From: a virus
Lineage: Duplodnaviria; Caudoviricetes
DNA: 31,232 nt
Virus record (IMG/VR): IMGVR_UViG_3300040985_002723
Span: 1-31,232 of that record
Direction: 5' to 3' (one strand)
Of this stretch, positions 27,201 through 31,232 are shown piece by piece. The notes under the pieces are model-generated. The model was not told the DNA's origin, did no database searches, and saw only the letters and a program-made list of their open reading frames with translations. Positions within the stretch are counted from its first letter, which is position 1; each line of letters begins with the position of its first letter. The position numbers and the translations under genes are program-made.

Positions 27201-29138
27201 AAGAACTTGATTAATCGGTTGGCCAATCGTCTAGATAAGTTTGTCAAGATGGACTCACAACATGTCACCGTTCCAGGTGGTGTTTGGGCTGATCCCAGCA
27301 TGGGACAGATCATGAAGTGGCACCTTGGAAGCCGTGATGCTCTCCTCAATGACACCTTCTTCAATGGTGTGGTTAGTGGAATCAAGGGCAATCACACTGC
27401 GCGTTCAGTTAGCTCCATCATCAACAATGGTTCCTCCAACATCGCTCTTCAGACAGTTCGACGTGGTCTTGCTGGTCCTGGTCTAGTCAAGAACATGTAC
27501 GATACATTGCTGGCTTGGGAGACCAAGTTCATGAAGGGCAAAACAATCGACCCCGAGATGGACAGAATCTTTGCAGCCTTGCGACCAACCGGCATGGTTG
27601 ACTCCAACAAGCTGGTTGCCGACATTGGTGTTCTCAACGCAGCAACCAAAGGTGATATTGCCGGGTCCATTCCGATACTGAAATGGGTCAACAAACAACT
27701 GGAGAAAGGATTCACATGGGGAGATATGGGTTTCAAGCTGGAAGAGGCTGTCACCCAGTTCAGGGCATGGGATAGGCGACTGAATGAGGTTTCTCCTGGT
27801 AAGTACATTGATCTGCCCATCAGCAATCGAAGGACAATCAGGGCAACCAAACAAGCTGATGGGTCCTTCATCACACAAACCATGGCCGGCAACAAGTTGT
27901 TCGGCAAGGAACGACATGTCAAGACTGTTTCAGATCTAGATCAAATCATCGGTAAGGCATCAGCCAAACCCGCCTTGGACGTTTTCGTGGCATACGACGA
28001 CACCTCTTTGGGTGCCAAGATGCTGAGGACTTTGCCCATTGCAGGCATCGGTTCCACATATTTCACTTGGATGAGTGCTGCCCTCGACATTCCTTTCGTC
28101 AAGAAGGGATTGGTCCGGAAGTTTATGGACGATCCGTTTGCCTACGGAACCAATGACGGTAAGTTGCTAGCACAGCAAGGTGCAGCGGCTCTCAGTCTCT
28201 CCTTGAGGCGACACTTGATTGTTGGTGGATTGAGGCAACAGTTCCTGGATGCCAAGACAGAAGAGCTGAACAAGGCATTGAAATGGGCAACCGGTGATGA
28301 GAAGCTATCAATGATTAAGGCCATGAGTGATCCGGGTCTCTTCATTCATACTGATTTGGATAGCGTTCAGTTCGGTGATCCTTCAATGACGTTCCTGAAG
28401 TTGGCAGCCAATGGTGCAACAAAGGCGTTTGGTCCATCATTCGAAGAGGCGTTCGATCCGAATATTCCGGAAGATCAGGTCACACCAAAAACCAAGCGTT
28501 GGCGGCAGCTAATGCAGATGTCAGAGAGTGGTCAACTACAAACAGTTGCTGATGGTCTCGGTTTGCTAGGACTCTCGGGCGGCCCGTTGGTCAGCGCCTG
28601 GAACAAGGTGATGGACAGCAAGAATGAGGATGCGGACTTCGGTATTGATGATGCATTCGATGTTGCTGCACCCTTCTTCTTGGGTGTGACCGCCTCCAAG
28701 ATCGCAAGGTTGCCCGGTGCTGTGGCTCCGGTTGGTAGCCTACCTCGTAAACTATCAGGTCGCAAGGCACCGAATGATGTTCGGTTTGCTGAGGACTTCC
28801 TGACTTACATGGTTCGCAGCCTAACAGGAAAAGCATGGAAGACCAAAGAGTTGATTGAGTCTCAGAACCCGAAAGAGGCATGGTCATTCTTCGGTAAGGC
28901 CAAGAAGAAGTGGATGACATCCATGGACATCAATGCAACCATCCGGCAATCCAAGAATGAGATCACGTTGGCTGAAGCTAATGGTGATGAGGAGAGTCGA
29001 GCGCAGGCAGAGGCCAACTTGATTCGTGCCGAGATTGCAAAGAAGGTTATCAATAATGAGATGACACTGGCATATGCAAGATATGTAGAGATAGCAGAGA
29101 AGGTCGGTGTCAAAACGCCGAAGACTCTAGGAGAGTAA
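24219..29138 (+). CDS. Large internal virion/ejection protein (1639 aa)
   Basis: Largest ORF, helical composition, last of the trio before lysis genes as in podoviruses; no catalytic motif recognised. Confidence 0.7.
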   Translation: MPTVQEKFDALLAQGSTEAELKKMFIERYHVDPSTIPGDTEFDELERRRKQAMEMVQPALASVGALVEPTAKRAVREEGVRKIRQGLAAAEPAFEALDTLTELSGDRQQRERAGSIRNIPTKASLPSPSALQSAAIMHAVPGSKKPEDLARGRRHDVLPFSATGEPEFKSTETVFDPVGQTFGLVKGAIEEAGKPESLALAGFEEQRRIRKKFKESPVDASVQGGINLALNAVHDTATMIGGIAVLGAQIALPQPIPKDSTSIQEGEKMGKALAQGVVSSVTAPLEPIIEQGSGTLLAKKLAVEPVSSALDLIPIVGAGSRVAKLAGKIPAVAKGAEKLGDVGRAAKGKVADAARATSIAANRNKVTRIYGKAMEGILDKELAAGFVRFFDDGLKRRDPRASALAEQILIGPQRATAELKLLAETFKHVGEEQAKRIAKGTDELPPTPMTPHEIHESARAFIHDQRQADKQKVHEADSRVRDREITDAKAINREIEGPPPPPTREAQISRLETSLDMLYNKAADWREGKFAVGHDVSNLIQPYIGVMEIASMKPGWENMSRAQKIAAAKESKMGQRLLQRGIDEIDEAVSTAAAVPDRNIRMLKAEESDIGRQIEVATAALKAKDAERIDISGQIKFRRSRIQSMIDDLDVQHRTAITRGAMDEAAEIGAKRAGLIDDLIKVMEPENAFFEEIAKDMAALKELQGRLQDVKTLQNPDAPVIPIRPVVKPDPVPVPEPLKPFKHEAVESRPGPTVDIPKFTGFGIGLVADGTIPLPAASKHLPLSAMEAKVLDTFEEAARKLDPTAEAGKLLREKLGEGSVGMLQHADVQAALSKWLVARLDTLHPAIKKRLASLDPQKVIDNVVKLAEEGDIALQIGDGPAVRLSEVLDSIIPANKKLKYRAQQAQTILEDMAGDVAKQNANNTINAHLEEVFGAGYQKLSDADAAAATNAWARKVVEEGEMALQFLPGHINPKQVATAVRALVVGLDRMPAGSKNLINRLANRLDKFVKMDSQHVTVPGGVWADPSMGQIMKWHLGSRDALLNDTFFNGVVSGIKGNHTARSVSSIINNGSSNIALQTVRRGLAGPGLVKNMYDTLLAWETKFMKGKTIDPEMDRIFAALRPTGMVDSNKLVADIGVLNAATKGDIAGSIPILKWVNKQLEKGFTWGDMGFKLEEAVTQFRAWDRRLNEVSPGKYIDLPISNRRTIRATKQADGSFITQTMAGNKLFGKERHVKTVSDLDQIIGKASAKPALDVFVAYDDTSLGAKMLRTLPIAGIGSTYFTWMSAALDIPFVKKGLVRKFMDDPFAYGTNDGKLLAQQGAAALSLSLRRHLIVGGLRQQFLDAKTEELNKALKWATGDEKLSMIKAMSDPGLFIHTDLDSVQFGDPSMTFLKLAANGATKAFGPSFEEAFDPNIPEDQVTPKTKRWRQLMQMSESGQLQTVADGLGLLGLSGGPLVSAWNKVMDSKNEDADFGIDDAFDVAAPFFLGVTASKIARLPGAVAPVGSLPRKLSGRKAPNDVRFAEDFLTYMVRSLTGKAWKTKELIESQNPKEAWSFFGKAKKKWMTSMDINATIRQSKNEITLAEANGDEESRAQAEANLIRAEIAKKVINNEMTLAYARYVEIAEKVGVKTPKTLGE

Positions 29139-29139
29139 G

Positions 29140-29436
29140 ATGGCAGATGACAAGTTTTTGATTGAGTCGGTGTCCAAGTTGATAGACAAGGTTGAGAAAC
29201 TTGTTGCCTGTACAGCTGTGCTAACGGAAAAGATAGAGACGTTGAATGACAAGATCAGTGAGAATCAAGGGGAGCATGTTGTGATTTTGGCAAAGGTCAA
29301 TGAGAACTCCAACCGGTTGAACAAGCTAGAAACCCTGAAGTGGAAGATTACAGGCGGTGTTTTTGTGCTAGCAAGCTTGACAGGCTTCCTATCCCCAGTT
29401 CTCATTGATCTTTTGAAATCATGGATCGGGGGATAG
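29140..29436 (+). CDS. Holin-like protein: coiled coil plus one C-terminal TM
   Basis: AGGAG SD; coiled coil then WKITGGVFVLASLTGFLSPVLIDLL; adjacent to lysis genes. Confidence 0.55.
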   Translation: MADDKFLIESVSKLIDKVEKLVACTAVLTEKIETLNDKISENQGEHVVILAKVNENSNRLNKLETLKWKITGGVFVLASLTGFLSPVLIDLLKSWIGG

Positions 29437-29437
29437 G

Positions 29438-29614
29438 ATGGAAGACAAAGAACTTCATGAGAGATTAGTGGTTTTGGGTGACAAACTAACAGTTCTAGAG
29501 AAGCAAATGGGCCTTATCAGAACCACAATAGAGCGCATCAATGACGATAAAGTGAGAACCGGTGCAACAGACAAGTGGTTGGAGCGCAAGATTCAGATGA
29601 GTGAGCTTCGTTAG
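29438..29614 (+). CDS. 58-aa coiled-coil protein (not in ORF track)
   Basis: MEDKELHERLVVLGDKLTVLEKQMGLIRTTIERINDDKVRTGATDKWLERKIQMSELR*; starts 1 nt after the previous stop and exactly fills the gap. Confidence 0.65.
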   Translation: MEDKELHERLVVLGDKLTVLEKQMGLIRTTIERINDDKVRTGATDKWLERKIQMSELR

Positions 29615-29799
29615 TTCTTGCCGTGTTTCCAGACTGCTGCTAACTCTGCCATTCCTAGGACACCAATGTAGACCAATGAGACTGCGACCCAGTTCTCTCC
29701 ATCAATCTTGTCTGCAAATGTCAATGCAGTTGCAGTCAACCAGACTAGCAGTTTGCGGCTTGCGAGTTTGCTCAGTCCCTTGTCCAATACTTCTTTCAT
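29611..29799 (-). CDS. Holin, two TM helices
   Basis: AGGAG SD before ATG 29799; KLASRKLLV motif, two hydrophobic helices, basic C-terminus; co-oriented downstream of the endolysin. Confidence 0.7.
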   Translation of the reverse strand: MKEVLDKGLSKLASRKLLVWLTATALTFADKIDGENWVAVSLVYIGVLGMAELAAVWKHGKN

Positions 29800-29923
29800 C
29801 CTGTTCTCCTTTGTCACTGGTTGTTGTCCAGTGTCTTCCCTTCTCATCAATGATATATCCTAAGGCTTCACACCTTTCCGTTCAACCAGACACATCCTGG
29901 ATAAAACGGGCATACTTCCTGGT

Positions 29924-30394
29924 TTATTTCTTTCGTTGGAAATGCATATCATCGCGGAGACCCCAACTTCCACCCCATCTCCAACCTGCGATCTCAAATA
30001 TCTTGATGAAGAGAGGATTCTGTCGCATCAGTGATGGAGATCCATCCTTCCTAACACCACCTTTCGGGTTGTCTTGAGGGTCAAAATCAATGGCAATGCC
30101 CCAACTATGGTAAGATAGTGGACTGTCATCATCCTTGTTGAAGTGGCGTGGTACAAATGTCTGAACTGATTTGGGCGTATAGCCTGAAGTCTCACATGCT
30201 TCTTTGAAGAGACGGACAAACTCGTCCCCAATCAGTTTGTGCAGTCGAACAGTCTTGCCTGTGTGCAGCTCAAATCTGGCTATGTTCTCTTTGACCCACT
30301 CTTTGTCGATGCTAATGTGTCGACCTTCTCTTTCAGTGTAGCTGAAGTCTCCGTAAATCTGCTTGACTTCCCTTCTGTTTCTTGGTATCTTCAT
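29924..30394 (-). CDS. Endolysin, M15-family Zn peptidase
   Basis: SYHSWGIAID (SxHxxGxAxD), WGGSW, DDMHFQ; ATG 30394 overlaps the upstream TGA (ATGA). Confidence 0.9.
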   Translation of the reverse strand: MKIPRNRREVKQIYGDFSYTEREGRHISIDKEWVKENIARFELHTGKTVRLHKLIGDEFVRLFKEACETSGYTPKSVQTFVPRHFNKDDDSPLSYHSWGIAIDFDPQDNPKGGVRKDGSPSLMRQNPLFIKIFEIAGWRWGGSWGLRDDMHFQRKK

Positions 30395-30885
30395 CTTTTT
30401 TCCTTGCAGTTGTCGAAATGCCAACGAATAGCATTCGGTTTATTGCATGTCTTTCCACAATGAGGACATGTTACTGTTCTCCTCATGGCTTCCCCCCAAT
30501 CAGCTTGGCAGGGATCTCTTTTCGGATTCTGTTTGCAGTTGTCGAAATGATAACGTATAGCATTCATTTTATTGCATGTCTTTCCGCAATGAGGACATGT
30601 TACGATTGATGTCATGTTTTTTGCTGAAGCTTTTCGTGCCTTGGGACTCTTGTCAGCTTCGTTTTCTTGTGGAGTTCCATAATAGAGGTGCAATGGATTA
30701 GTACAAGGACTACCAGACTTTGAGTTGTTGTCACATAGATGGCACGTATGCCACTGATATCCTTTTGGTTTTTTCACTCCCAGGAATCTTGCGAGTGCTT
30801 TTCTGTAGTTTCCATTGAATGTGCATTGTGCATTCAGGTTGATGTGAACTGTTCTTTCTTCTCGACTCATCTCAAAATAGCTCAT
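30391..30885 (-). CDS. HNH endonuclease with two C-terminal Zn-ribbon repeats
   Basis: CHLCDN...CTNPLHLYYGTPQEN HNH motif; two copies of VTCPHCGKTCNKxNAIRxHFDNCK; AAAGGAG SD. Confidence 0.85.
   Translation of the reverse strand: MSYFEMSREERTVHINLNAQCTFNGNYRKALARFLGVKKPKGYQWHTCHLCDNNSKSGSPCTNPLHLYYGTPQENEADKSPKARKASAKNMTSIVTCPHCGKTCNKMNAIRYHFDNCKQNPKRDPCQADWGEAMRRTVTCPHCGKTCNKPNAIRWHFDNCKEKR
30404..30603. repeat. 71-bp direct repeat (30404-30474 and 30533-30603)
   Basis: 65/71 identical, offset 129 nt; encodes the duplicated Zn ribbon. Confidence 0.9.
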
Positions 30886-30902
30886 CGTTCTCCTTTACTA
30901 TG

Positions 30903-30931
30903 ATTATAGGTAGGCCAGAAGAACAGTTCAA
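30903..30931 (-). promoter_or_regulatory. Sigma70-type promoter TTGAAC-N17-TATAAT for HNH-endolysin-holin
   Basis: Perfect -10 and 17-nt spacer just upstream of the SD of the HNH gene. Confidence 0.75.
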
Positions 30932-31061
30932 AAATAGTTTTGTACAACGCTTCAAAACACCGTACAATAAGTTTGGCGAAAACAAAAGAGACCTGACAAC
31001 CCCCTAAGGATTGAGCAGATATACAGTGAGCGTTCCCCTCACACACCCCTCTGAAAATATT

Positions 31062-31089
31062 TTGAACATTTCCTGAGAACCTCTATACT
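31062..31089 (+). promoter_or_regulatory. Candidate rightward promoter TTGAAC-N16-TATACT
   Basis: Same -35 as the divergent promoter; AT-rich palindrome AAAATATTTT (31054-31063) upstream. Confidence 0.5.
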
Positions 31090-31196
31090 TAGTCCAAGGG
31101 ACCATTAAAGAAGAAGAGAAGAAATAGGAGACCCCCTAGGTACCCTCAGTCGCTGCAACAGATATATCTGAGGGACGGGAGCTTAGCTCCCTTGTC

Positions 31197-31232
31197 CTGT
31201 CTCTTATACACATCTCCGAGCCCACGAGACGG
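31197..31232 (+). other. Illumina Nextera adapter read-through (artefact)
   Basis: Exact CTGTCTCTTATACACATCT (Tn5 mosaic end) plus CCGAGCCCACGAGAC at 31197-31230; the final GG is probably the start of the index. Confidence 0.98.

Larger units (their letters stand above)
1..31196. mobile_element. Partial tailed phage (Caudoviricetes, podovirus-like) genome
   Basis: Terminase, scaffold, capsid, portal, nozzle, ejection proteins, holin and endolysin lie in dense co-oriented blocks; no host housekeeping genes. Confidence 0.95.

Noticed and set aside
24219-29138. Virion RNA polymerase or tape measure protein
   Set aside because: No DxDGD or recognisable single-subunit RNAP motif; no tail tube, sheath or chaperone genes; context fits an ejection protein
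29924-30394. VanY/VanX-type resistance gene
   Set aside because: Same M15 fold, but adjacency to a holin in a phage indicates an endolysin
30404-30603. Repeat pair as a diversity-generating retroelement TR/VR
   Set aside because: Mismatches are not restricted to adenines on either strand, both copies are in-frame in one gene, and no reverse transcriptase is present
31197-31215. Tn5/IS50 transposon end
   Set aside because: It is the synthetic mosaic end followed by Nextera primer sequence; no transposase
1-31232. tRNA, integrase/att site, terminal repeat or circularity
   Set aside because: No cloverleaf or recombinase motif noticed; the left end is mid-gene and does not match the right end

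Overview
This window is a partial genome of an uncharacterised tailed dsDNA phage with podovirus-like architecture; no cellular genes are recognisable. From left to right: (1) 1-1978, an accessory/early region with a truncated GIY-YIG-like nuclease, a PD-(D/E)XK-like nuclease, three small membrane proteins and a sigma-region-4-like HTH protein; (2) 2112-6442, an accessory virion module with decoration/spike-like proteins, a LamG lectin and a beta-helix spike; (3) 6538-21345, terS, terL, scaffold, major capsid, portal (unusually after the capsid gene), adaptor, nozzle and tail proteins; (4) 21452-29138, three ejection/internal virion proteins, with no tape measure, tube or sheath genes; (5) 29140-30885, a convergent lysis region with two holin-like genes, an M15 peptidase endolysin and an HNH nuclease carrying a duplicated Zn-ribbon; (6) a non-coding divergent-promoter region ending in an untrimmed Nextera adapter at 31197-31230. 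No replication genes, integrase, tRNA or CRISPR array were seen, so the genome is incomplete. The most novel signals are regulatory: two families of repeated host-type promoters, a 19-bp candidate late promoter next to the HTH gene, a thrice-repeated operator-like palindrome, and a structured RNA element between portal and adaptor. All protein calls come from motif recognition and synteny, not database searches.
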